This document shows, one piece after another, positions 7,033 through 14,851 of a stretch of 38,186 nt of DNA (position 1 is its first letter; every line of letters begins with the position of its first letter). The notes beneath the pieces were generated by a model. That model was given only the letters and a program-made list of their open reading frames with translations. It had not been told where the DNA came from and ran no database searches. Made by a program: the position numbers and the translations under genes. Source of the DNA: an uncultured Gammaproteobacteria bacterium. Its GTDB lineage: Bacteria > Patescibacteriota > Microgenomatia > UBA1406. Where the stretch lies: positions 1-38,186 of the forward strand of contig CAYHPU010000002.1 of the NCBI GenBank assembly GCA_964358525.1, read 5' to 3'.

Positions 7033-7905
7033 TTAAGATTGACCAAGGGTGGTAAGCAGGACTATTCCTATAAGAGTTACCAAAATTCCGAAAACTTGTT
7101 GCTTCGTAACCTTGTCTTTAAAAATAAGCGCAGACAGAGTAACAAACAAAATAGGAGAAGCTCCTGCAATTGGTGCAACCAAACTACTAGCTCCAGGAAT
7201 AGAAAGTCCCCAGTTTAGTGAAAAGTCCCCAGCTTTAATAAGAAGGCCAACCATTAAAACCGAAACCAGCACAGGGATTGTGGTTGGAAAAGAGAATTTC
7301 TCTTTCCTTGCGCGCAAGAAGAAATAAATTATTGGAAAGCATGCATTACCAATAAAATTTGGCAGAAACCAACCATACGCGTTGATTGGTATTCTGAGAA
7401 ACGTAAAATATATTGAAAGACATACCATAGCAAGAAGTGCAATTGAAGTACCTCTATCTATGAGTTTCTGTGATGTAAGCAGTTTACGAATATCTACACT
7501 TGAAAGAAAAATACCAGTGAAGATAATTATTGTGTAGATAGCTTGAGATGTCGTAATTTTATCTTTGAAAAATAGTGCAGAAAGGACGAGTACAACAGCT
7601 GGAAAAGACTGAATTATAATACCAACTAAAGGCGCACTAGAAAGTCGAAATGCTTCTGTAACGAGTACATTACCTACAACATATAGAATTCCGAGGAAGA
7701 TATTTAATAAGAGTAGTGGAAATGTAATTAACTGGAAATTGTGCGGTACAAATGGCATAAGTATCAAAGATAGGATAAGACTTGAAAAGAATACCCAAAA
7801 TACGGTTAGATTCGCCCCAATTCTACGAGCCGCAACTATGGTAAAAAGGTCGCCTGTTCCCCAGCCGACGAAGACTATTGAGGCAAGTATAAGTGGAAGA
7901 TTCAT
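7033..7905 (-). CDS. EamA/DMT-family transporter (about 10 TM)
   Basis: Two similar hydrophobic halves, each about 5 TM. Profile is typical of the EamA repeat. Confidence 0.8.
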   Translation of the reverse strand: MNLPLILASIVFVGWGTGDLFTIVAARRIGANLTVFWVFFSSLILSLILMPFVPHNFQLITFPLLLLNIFLGILYVVGNVLVTEAFRLSSAPLVGIIIQSFPAVVLVLSALFFKDKITTSQAIYTIIIFTGIFLSSVDIRKLLTSQKLIDRGTSIALLAMVCLSIYFTFLRIPINAYGWFLPNFIGNACFPIIYFFLRARKEKFSFPTTIPVLVSVLMVGLLIKAGDFSLNWGLSIPGASSLVAPIAGASPILFVTLSALIFKDKVTKQQVFGILVTLIGIVLLTTLGQS

Positions 7906-7947
7906 GAAGTAAGTATAGCAAAAGGTGTAGAATCATTTTAAGTACAT

Positions 7948-8610
7948 ATGAATAGAATGCGGTTACTTGCCAGCGCTGTTGGGATTACTACAAGCGTTGC
8001 TTTACTTACCCAAATCCCCTACCTTAAAAACCGTATAAAAGATCTGCTTAACATGAGAAATAACTATAGCTATGAAGTTGTGCGAGTTATTGACGGGGAT
8101 ACATTCGAAACAAAGGAAAAACAGCGTATTAGACTTGCCGGCGTTGACGCGCCTGAAATAGGACTGTGTGGATCGACTGAGGCGAAAAGATTACTGGAAA
8201 AGCTCATTCTTAATAAGAAAGTTCAATTAAAGGTATCATTTATTGATATATACAGAAGACAAATTTCATATGTGTATATAGGTGATAAATTCATAAATCT
8301 TATGATGCTCAAGAGTGGATGGACATATAAGGGAACTGGGACAAGTGAAAAAAACGATCTCCTTTTACAGACTACTCAAGTGGCTAACCAGAAAAATATT
8401 GGTATATTTAGTGACCAGTGCACGCAAAAAATAAACAAGGAACACCCTTCTTGTAACATAAAGGGAAATGTTACCCGCTCACTCTATCACTACCCAGGCT
8501 GTGGACAATATAATAATGTATTAGTCGAACTGCATCGCGGGGACCGGTGGTTTTGTACTAAAGAAGAGGCTGAAAAGGCGGGGTTTAAGAGGGCTCAGTT
8601 GTGTCCGTGA
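7948..8610 (+). CDS. Membrane-anchored or secreted thermonuclease (SNase-like) with a C-terminal Cys-containing 'sunset'-type domain
   Basis: N-terminal TM/signal segment. SNase motif VIDGDTF...IRLAGVDAPE. C-terminal CNIKGN..YHYPGCGQY..FCTKEEAEKAGFKRA. Confidence 0.82.
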   Translation: MNRMRLLASAVGITTSVALLTQIPYLKNRIKDLLNMRNNYSYEVVRVIDGDTFETKEKQRIRLAGVDAPEIGLCGSTEAKRLLEKLILNKKVQLKVSFIDIYRRQISYVYIGDKFINLMMLKSGWTYKGTGTSEKNDLLLQTTQVANQKNIGIFSDQCTQKINKEHPSCNIKGNVTRSLYHYPGCGQYNNVLVELHRGDRWFCTKEEAEKAGFKRAQLCP

Positions 8611-8632
8611 AAGGGTAATTTAAAGCATATGA

Positions 8633-8657
8633 GATTGCCGCGCTTCGCTCGCAATGA
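8633..8657 (+). repeat. GC-rich palindromic element (GATTGCCGCGCTTCGCTCGCAATGAC) between convergent genes
   Basis: ATTGC/GCAAT stem and ATGAC tail. It sits between the nuclease stop (8610) and the tsf stop (8660), and may act as a bidirectional terminator or RNA stabiliser. Confidence 0.5.
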
Positions 8658-8659
8658 CA

Positions 8660-9109
8660 TTACAGTGCGAGGCGGACGAACTCGCCTACTTTGATATTCT
8701 CGCCAAGCTTTGAGATAAGCTCTTTGATTAGTTGGTCAATTGTCTTTGAGCTGTCACGAATGTAGCTCTGCGCAAGAAGCTCGTCTGTTGTTTTTGGCTG
8801 CATAGAAGCTACTTGCATGGCAATCTCATACCCCAGTTTCTGAAACTCCTCGTTTCGTGCTACAAAATCTGTTTCACAATTTAAAATAAGCATTGAGCCC
8901 ATTCGTTTATTGTGGTGCATATAAGAAATGACAATGCCCTCGTGCGCTTCCCTCGATAATTTTTTAGAAGCGAGTTCAACACCCCATTCTTTAAGGAGCT
9001 TTCGCGCCTTCTCCATATCACCTTTAGATTCATCTAATGCTTTGCTACAGAGCGCAATTGAAACTCCTGTTTCCTCGCGTAGAGCCTTTACCTTCTTTAC
9101 ATCTGCCAT
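8660..9109 (-). CDS. tsf: Elongation factor Ts (short form, 149 aa)
   Basis: UBA-like N-terminus VKALREETGVSIALCSKAL. Lies immediately downstream of rpsB. Confidence 0.9.
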   Translation of the reverse strand: MADVKKVKALREETGVSIALCSKALDESKGDMEKARKLLKEWGVELASKKLSREAHEGIVISYMHHNKRMGSMLILNCETDFVARNEEFQKLGYEIAMQVASMQPKTTDELLAQSYIRDSSKTIDQLIKELISKLGENIKVGEFVRLAL

Positions 9110-9110
9110 A

Positions 9111-9947
9111 TTATTTTTTTGAAGTTTTAGTTTTTTTGACTATTTTCTTAGGTTTTTCAACTTTATTTTTCACTATTTCTTCTACGACGACTACTGGTAT
9201 GTTTGTTTTTTCCTCTCCAGGAACAACCTCTTTATATTCTTTCTTTCCGTCCTCATAGGCATGTATCATAAGGGTTACGATATATTCAAGAGTTGCGACA
9301 GAATCATCGTTAGCAACAACGGGACAATCGAGAAGTGTTGGATCCGCATTAGTATCTACAACTCCGGTAATCTGCAACGCTTTACGGCCCTCCATAAGTT
9401 GCCGATCTTTGATTTTGATAGATTCGACAAGTGCATTGTGTTCCTTCTTTACGTCCAGTATGATAACAATCTCTGGTAACTTATCAATCCCAATAACTCC
9501 ACCATACACCTTTAGAATTTTTGACAATTCCTTATCTAGTTTATTGCGTTCGTGTTTAATCATCGTATCCCACATACCTGTTTGCTTTTCACGCGTATAA
9601 TCGTTTGCACGCTTTATATTCTTGTAAATCTCTTCAAAATTTGTGAAGAAGCCACCAATCCACTTTTCAGTAATAAAAGGGATTTTACGTTCGCGACAGA
9701 AGTCTGCAACAAACTGCTTGATAATTTTTTTAGTTGCAACAACCAAAAGCCTTTCGTTGCTTTTGCCCGCATGGAAGAGCGTATTGAGAGCGTTTTCAAG
9801 AGAAACTTTTGTTTTAAAAAGATCAATTATATAAATACCGCTCTGTGGCTTGTGTACATAGGGTAAAACTTTGGGATTGGTACGGGAAAGTTTGTGACCA
9901 AAATACGCACCACGCTTCAGAAGTTCTTGAACATCAATATTAAACAT
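9111..9947 (-). CDS. rpsB: 30S ribosomal protein S2 with a Lys-rich C-terminal tail
   Basis: LLKRGAYFGHK...NPK motif. AAGGAGGA Shine-Dalgarno lies 9 nt upstream. Confidence 0.95.
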   Translation of the reverse strand: MFNIDVQELLKRGAYFGHKLSRTNPKVLPYVHKPQSGIYIIDLFKTKVSLENALNTLFHAGKSNERLLVVATKKIIKQFVADFCRERKIPFITEKWIGGFFTNFEEIYKNIKRANDYTREKQTGMWDTMIKHERNKLDKELSKILKVYGGVIGIDKLPEIVIILDVKKEHNALVESIKIKDRQLMEGRKALQITGVVDTNADPTLLDCPVVANDDSVATLEYIVTLMIHAYEDGKKEYKEVVPGEEKTNIPVVVVEEIVKNKVEKPKKIVKKTKTSKK

Positions 9948-9983
9948 ATATTAATTCTCCTCCTTAATAGTAGAGGAACCTAG

Positions 9984-10035
9984 CAATTTATAATTTTCAA
10001 TTTACAATTTTCAAATAACATCCAATTTCAAAAAG
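9984..10035. repeat. AT-rich low-complexity repeats (AATTTTCAA units) in the rpsB 5' region
   Basis: AATTTTCAA at 9992-10000 and 10006-10014, with related CCAATTTCAAAA at 10022-10033. Confidence 0.5.
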
Positions 10036-10085
10036 AGATGTTTATTATACACAGTACTACTACCATTATCAAGGTAGGATTCTTC

Positions 10086-10110
10086 ATCCTCAGTGATTAC
10101 ACTGAGGGAT
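10086..10110. repeat. Hairpin ATCCTCAGTG-ATTA-CACTGAGGGAT downstream of galU
   Basis: 10-bp inverted repeat in the galU/rpsB intergenic region. Confidence 0.5.
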
Positions 10111-10130
10111 CAAAATAAAATGATATTGTC

Positions 10131-10155
10131 TGGGAGAGAAGACCTCGCCCATACG
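10131..10155 (+). repeat. GC-rich repeat TGGGAGAGAAGACCTCGCCCATACG (copy 1, intergenic)
   Basis: 23 of 25 nt identical to 12592-12616. Forms a GGGAGAG/CTCGCCC hairpin 3 nt downstream of the galU stop. Confidence 0.6.
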
Positions 10156-10157
10156 AC

Positions 10158-11042
10158 CTACTTTTCTTTGAGCAATTTTACAAGAAACTCACGGAACTCA
10201 CCATTAATTTCCTTGTGCTGCAGGGCAAATTGTACTACCGTTTTCATATATTCCATTTTATTGCCGGTATCAAAGTACTTACCATTTTCAATTTCGCATG
10301 CGTACACGGGAACCCCATCTTGTTGTAGTTTATTAATTCCGTCCACCAGCCATATTTCCCCGCCCTTTCCTGGCTTGACCTCTTTAAGCGCCTGAAATAT
10401 CTCTGGTGGCAGGATGTACGCTCCGTGCGTAGCCAAGTTAGATGGAGCCTCTTCGGGAGTTGGTTTTTCTACAATCCGCTTTAATTTAAATATTTTATCT
10501 TCCACTGGCTCAATGTCTGCTATGCCATATCGTGATAATGCACTTTTATCTTCAATTCGAACACCAGATATGACAATGCCGCCGTACTTCTCCCACACTT
10601 TCATCATTTGGCTCAGTCGAGGAGGATCTGCATAAATAAATTCGTCTCCCCACATAACTGAAAAGGATTCGTTACCTACAACAGACTCGGCAGACAAAAC
10701 TGGTGTACCATTTCCGTACGGTCCTTTTTGACGTATGTAAATAAAATTAGCCATATCGGAAATGCGCCTTATTTCTTCTAATAGCGTACCTTTATTTCCC
10801 TGCAATAAATTATTTACCAAGTCCGCATTTGGAACATCAAAATGGTCTTCAATTGCCCTCTTCAGCGCACCTGTCACTATAATTACGTCCTCAATACCAG
10901 AATTAATAGCTTCCTCAACAACATACTGAATAACCGGTTTGTCAACAATAGGGAGCATTTCTTTCGGCATTGCTTTTGTCTGCGGCAAAAAACGTGTGCC
11001 ATACCCAGCGGCTGGAATAACTGCTTTTCTTATTTTTTTCAT
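10158..11042 (-). CDS. galU: UTP--glucose-1-phosphate uridylyltransferase
   Basis: N-terminal KAVIPAAGYGTRFLPQTKAMPKEMLPIVDKP signature. Confidence 0.9.
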   Translation of the reverse strand: MKKIRKAVIPAAGYGTRFLPQTKAMPKEMLPIVDKPVIQYVVEEAINSGIEDVIIVTGALKRAIEDHFDVPNADLVNNLLQGNKGTLLEEIRRISDMANFIYIRQKGPYGNGTPVLSAESVVGNESFSVMWGDEFIYADPPRLSQMMKVWEKYGGIVISGVRIEDKSALSRYGIADIEPVEDKIFKLKRIVEKPTPEEAPSNLATHGAYILPPEIFQALKEVKPGKGGEIWLVDGINKLQQDGVPVYACEIENGKYFDTGNKMEYMKTVVQFALQHKEINGEFREFLVKLLKEK

Positions 11043-11072
11043 ATTCTGGAAAATTAACTTATAAGCAATTTA

Positions 11073-11492
11073 TTACTGTGCAGCAATAAATTTAATGGTA
11101 AGTGCTTGTGGAATGATAACTCCATTGATGCGAGCGGTGAGATTTGCGTCTCCAACTGTTGGAGAACGAACTACAAAAACTGCCTTTCCATAATTATCTG
11201 TCTGTGCACTGGTGGGATTTACAGACCCAAACGTCGTTGTTATATCTACAAGCCTGTTTGGTAATATGGTCCCATCTTCTGCACGAACAAATATTGATAT
11301 TTGAGCAAAGTCTGAACTTCCTGCTGTAATTTCAAGTTTATCCGCAATAAGTAGGGACTTTGCTATAGATATATCCTTTTGAGATGCTCGCGTTTTTGTA
11401 CTTAAATTGCGACCAAATGCAGCAAAACCGACCGTCATAACAAACAGAAAAATAAATGCGATATAGAAATAGTTCATTTTCTTGTCCTGCAT
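11073..11492 (-). CDS. Membrane-anchored protein with a bacterial Ig-like (Big_1-type) domain
   Basis: Start chosen at ATG 11492, 7 nt downstream of TATAAT (MQDKKMNYFYIAFIFLF..., one TM). The C-terminal beta-rich segment reads ..VFVVRSPTVGDANLTARING. Confidence 0.55.
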   Translation of the reverse strand: MQDKKMNYFYIAFIFLFVMTVGFAAFGRNLSTKTRASQKDISIAKSLLIADKLEITAGSSDFAQISIFVRAEDGTILPNRLVDITTTFGSVNPTSAQTDNYGKAVFVVRSPTVGDANLTARINGVIIPQALTIKFIAAQ

Positions 11493-11493
11493 C

Positions 11494-11507
11494 GGTATAA
11501 TTATACC
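11494..11507. promoter_or_regulatory. Perfect 14-nt palindrome GGTATAATTATACC supplying a TATAAT hexamer on both strands for divergent genes
   Basis: Plus-strand TATAAT at 11496-11501 is 8 nt before ATG 11510. Minus-strand TATAAT at 11505-11500 is 7 nt before ATG 11492. Confidence 0.5.
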
Positions 11508-11509
11508 AA

Positions 11510-11878
11510 ATGAAAATTTTTTTTTACTGCATGAAGCCAGAGCCATACATTGTTTCGTTTCTGTGTGAACGAGGACATGAGCTATCATTTAGATCTGAGA
11601 ACTCGAAGTCATTGACAGAAAATTTTGAATCTACGCTTGCCTCCATACACGTGTCCGATGTTGCCATTTTTGACGTTACACAAAGTGATACAAATTTAGG
11701 AATTGCATTTACCTGCGCCGTTCTCCGTGAGAAAAAGAAATGTATTGTGGTGTACGACAAGACAGCAGAAAATGAAGTTCCTGAATTTATTCGTGGGTGC
11801 ACGTTTAAAAACGTATATATTAGGCCGTATGGCTCTATTGAAGAGTATATGAATATATTGAAAGTGTTTTTGTTTTAG
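11510..11878 (+). CDS. Hypothetical protein, nucleoside 2-deoxyribosyltransferase-like fold; paralog of the N-terminal domain of 14852..15946
   Basis: IHVSDVAIFDVTQSDTNLGIAFTCAVLREKKKCIVVYDK aligns by eye with IETADCVIADVTNPTMDLGGQIVYALTKDIPVLALIYKE. Confidence 0.5.
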   Translation: MKIFFYCMKPEPYIVSFLCERGHELSFRSENSKSLTENFESTLASIHVSDVAIFDVTQSDTNLGIAFTCAVLREKKKCIVVYDKTAENEVPEFIRGCTFKNVYIRPYGSIEEYMNILKVFLF

Positions 11879-11898
11879 ATTAGTTCCGTCATTACTCT

Positions 11899-11958
11899 GG
11901 ATCCCCGCGTACCTGCCAGCCATGCTTTGCAAGGCAATGCAGGCGGGCGCGAGGATGA
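11899..11958 (+). repeat. Composite GC-rich palindromic element (GGATCCCCGCG ... CGCGAGGATGAC) with a nested hairpin
   Basis: Same terminal frame as the 5270 and 28769 copies. It is followed by a 12-nt tandem duplication, CAGTGATGTTGT x2, at 11959-11982. Confidence 0.55.
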
Positions 11959-11996
11959 CAGTGATGTTGTCAGTGATGTTGTCAGGGATATTCAAA

Positions 11997-13472
11997 ATGA
12001 AAAACAAAATAAAATTTATATTTTTCATTTCCCTTTTAGGGACTCTTGTCTTTACCCGCTTCTATGGACTTAATTGGGGATTTCCGTACACATTTCACCC
12101 TGACGAAAATAATATGGCCGGCGCCCTCCTGCGACTTTCATGTAGTTTAACAAACATTACCGAATGCTTAAATCCTCATTTTTATGCCTATGGGCAACTA
12201 CAGCTTTACCTTGCGGGATCGATCTTCAGTTTTGTAAGTAGGTTTATTGTCCCCTACTCTGAATTTCTAGTTGGTACTTTATCCCTCCGAATTATCTCTA
12301 GTGCTGCTTCAATTATGACGGGACTTGTGTTATCTAAATTGATTCATACTAAGACTTCCTCATATATTCTTACTTCTTTATTCCTACTTCTCTATACTTT
12401 CACCCCTGGCTTTATACAGCAAGCACACTTTGGCACAACCGAAAGCTTATTGACATTGTTTCTGGTGCTTATAGTTTACTTTGACAAACGAGTGCTCATA
12501 CAGGCAATACTCGTCGGCCTTGCTGCTGCAACAAAACCTTCGGGAATATTATTTGGAGTATTTCCCCTTTACTTTTTAATTGCAAGAGGTTTGGGCGAGA
12601 AGACCTCGCCCCTACGTGATAGTATTATAATTGTTGCAATTGTTGGTATTGTTACATTGTTATTTTCGCCTCATTATTTACTACACTTTAAAGATTTTTG
12701 GCAAACGTTTCTCTATGAATCTGCACTTGCACGAGGATCAATTGAGGTTTTTTACACCGAACAATTCAGAAACACCATTCCAATGGCGTTTCAGCTAACA
12801 AAGATTTTTCCGTATGCACTTGGCCTGCCGGTTAGTTTGATTAGTTTATTTGGTCTTGTGCAAAGTATTCCACTCTTATCGCTTTTTTTGTATTTTTCTT
12901 TTTTGTATGTAAAATGGACCCGATTTATAGTACCTATCTCTGTTTTGATGTTGTATTTTGGGTTTCTAGGGCTTCATAAAAAGACTAGTATAACCTTTAT
13001 AACTGTTATAACGGTTATAACTGTTCTATACCAGATTTTTATAGGTACTCGTTTTATGAATCTTTATACTCAAAAAGATGTCCGTATAACCGCCTCAGAA
13101 TGGATAAATAAAAATCTACCACAAGGTTCACGAATTTTGTCCGAATCGGCAAATGTATTTGACTTGCCGCTTACAAACAATAGGGAGTTCAAAGTCACCT
13201 ACCTGTTTTTGTATGACAAGACTTCTCTCCCTACCTTAAATAATTTTGACTATGTAATAATCCCCTCTCGAAGAGTGTTTAAAAATTATTATCAGAAAAA
13301 TAAGAATGCAGTTATCGACGCATACTATGACGTGATATTTGATAAGCGGAGATTTAAATTAGTTAAGCAATTTAGCGTTCTTGACCCATCGGACGAAGAA
13401 GCCGAAGAAACATGGAGTGTATTTGACCACCCGGTGGTAAGAGTGTATCGGCGAATAGCTGATAGCTATTAG
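11997..13472 (+). CDS. GT-C fold glycosyltransferase, family 39 / ArnT-PMT-like, polytopic membrane protein
   Basis: First-loop motif FYGLNWGFPYTFHPDE and many TM segments. Start is set at ATG 11997, because the upstream part of the ORF is the GC-rich repeat. Confidence 0.75.
   Translation: MKNKIKFIFFISLLGTLVFTRFYGLNWGFPYTFHPDENNMAGALLRLSCSLTNITECLNPHFYAYGQLQLYLAGSIFSFVSRFIVPYSEFLVGTLSLRIISSAASIMTGLVLSKLIHTKTSSYILTSLFLLLYTFTPGFIQQAHFGTTESLLTLFLVLIVYFDKRVLIQAILVGLAAATKPSGILFGVFPLYFLIARGLGEKTSPLRDSIIIVAIVGIVTLLFSPHYLLHFKDFWQTFLYESALARGSIEVFYTEQFRNTIPMAFQLTKIFPYALGLPVSLISLFGLVQSIPLLSLFLYFSFLYVKWTRFIVPISVLMLYFGFLGLHKKTSITFITVITVITVLYQIFIGTRFMNLYTQKDVRITASEWINKNLPQGSRILSESANVFDLPLTNNREFKVTYLFLYDKTSLPTLNNFDYVIIPSRRVFKNYYQKNKNAVIDAYYDVIFDKRRFKLVKQFSVLDPSDEEAEETWSVFDHPVVRVYRRIADSY
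12592..12616 (+). repeat. GC-rich repeat TGGGCGAGAAGACCTCGCCCCTACG (copy 2, in frame inside the GT39-like CDS)
   Basis: Encodes ..GLGEKTSPLRD.. in a predicted loop. Near-identical to 10131-10155. Confidence 0.6.
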
Positions 13473-13485
13473 TTGATAGTTAGGA

Positions 13486-14820
13486 TCAATACACCTTTTT
13501 TATGGGGAATTTTTTGCAGAGCGCGGTAACTTCTTTCGCAATAAGTTTGAGATTTCTATTTACAGAAATTTCTTTACGAAATTTGCCAATGACTAGCTTT
13601 CTTTCTTCTTTGTCAAAAGGCATTTTATACTTTTTAATCTCTTCAATAACTCCCACTATCCACTGCGCAATTTTCTTCATTTCTCTATTCTTCATTCCTC
13701 TTGAAGTAAGCGCTGGTGTTCCCATTCGGACTCCGCTTGGATAGTATGGCGACATAGGCTCTAGTGGAATGGTATTTTTATTTGCCGTTATTCGAACGGC
13801 TCCTAAAGCATCTTGTAAAAATAGTCCACCACCAGCTCCAAGTGTTGGAACAAGATTAAGTAAAAGGAGATGATTTTCAGTCCCGTTACCAATTAGGCTG
13901 ATACCCGCCTTTTTAAGTTCATCCGCCAACGTCTTCGCATTACTTACTATTTGTATTGCATATTTCCTAAAACGAGGGGTGCCCGCTTCTTTAAGAGCAG
14001 TAGCAATTGCAGCGGTTTGATGATCGTGTGGACCACCTTGTAATCCTGGAAAAATTGCTGAGTCTATTTTCTTTCCTAAGTCGGGATCCTTTTGAAGTCC
14101 CTTATCTGTCACCATAATCATTCCTCCACGAGGACCACGAAGCGTTTTATGTGTTGTTGTAGTAACAATATGTGCGTGCTTAACTGGGTTAGTATGAACG
14201 CCAGATAAAATAAGTCCTGCAATGTGGGCAATATCGGCTACTAGATACGCACCGATAGAATCTGCCACTTCCGCAAATTTGTCATATTCATACTTATACA
14301 TATACGCAGTTGCGCCCATCCAAATAAGCTTTGGTTTGTGTTCCTTTGCTAGTTTCCACACTTCGTCCATATCTATGCGACCATCCGGCTTAACATGATA
14401 CATAATGGTGTTATATAGTTTTCCTGTAGCAGAAGCTTTCCAACCGTGAGTTAAGTGTCCTCCATCTGTTAAATTAAGACCCATTACAGTATCTCCAGGA
14501 TTACACACGGCAACATACACTGCAAAGTTTGCGGGAGAACCAGAATACGGTTGTACATTTACATACGGAACTTTAAAAAGCTTTTTTGCGCGCTCCTGTG
14601 CAAGTATTTCAATTCCATCAATAAATGTATTTCCCCCGTAATACCTTTTTTTTGGATACCCTTCAGAATATTTATTAGTGAGTATTGATCCGTTGCACTC
14701 TCTGACCGCAGTAGATACATAGTTTTCTGAGGGAATCATCTCAAGCCCCTCATACTGGCGTTTCTCTTCTTCCTTAATTAAATTGTAAATTTCTCTATCT
14801 GTTTTTTTGAGAAATTGCAT
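13486..14820 (-). CDS. glyA: Serine hydroxymethyltransferase
   Basis: SENYVS, GYPKKRYYGG and TTTTHKTLRGPRGG (PLP-lysine motif). Confidence 0.95.
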   Translation of the reverse strand: MQFLKKTDREIYNLIKEEEKRQYEGLEMIPSENYVSTAVRECNGSILTNKYSEGYPKKRYYGGNTFIDGIEILAQERAKKLFKVPYVNVQPYSGSPANFAVYVAVCNPGDTVMGLNLTDGGHLTHGWKASATGKLYNTIMYHVKPDGRIDMDEVWKLAKEHKPKLIWMGATAYMYKYEYDKFAEVADSIGAYLVADIAHIAGLILSGVHTNPVKHAHIVTTTTHKTLRGPRGGMIMVTDKGLQKDPDLGKKIDSAIFPGLQGGPHDHQTAAIATALKEAGTPRFRKYAIQIVSNAKTLADELKKAGISLIGNGTENHLLLLNLVPTLGAGGGLFLQDALGAVRITANKNTIPLEPMSPYYPSGVRMGTPALTSRGMKNREMKKIAQWIVGVIEEIKKYKMPFDKEERKLVIGKFRKEISVNRNLKLIAKEVTALCKKFPIKKVY

Positions 14821-14851
14821 GGGAGTAAAATAGCAATCTTGCGACTAAATG

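Noticed and set aside
12991-13035. A 9-nt tandem repeat, TATAACNGT x3, encodes ITVITVITV inside the GT39-like gene. A 12-nt duplication, CAGTGATGTTGT x2, lies at 11959-11982.
   Set aside because: The 9-nt repeat is in-frame low complexity within a TM segment, and the 12-nt duplication is a short untranslated one. Nothing beyond simple slippage can be supported from this single sequence.
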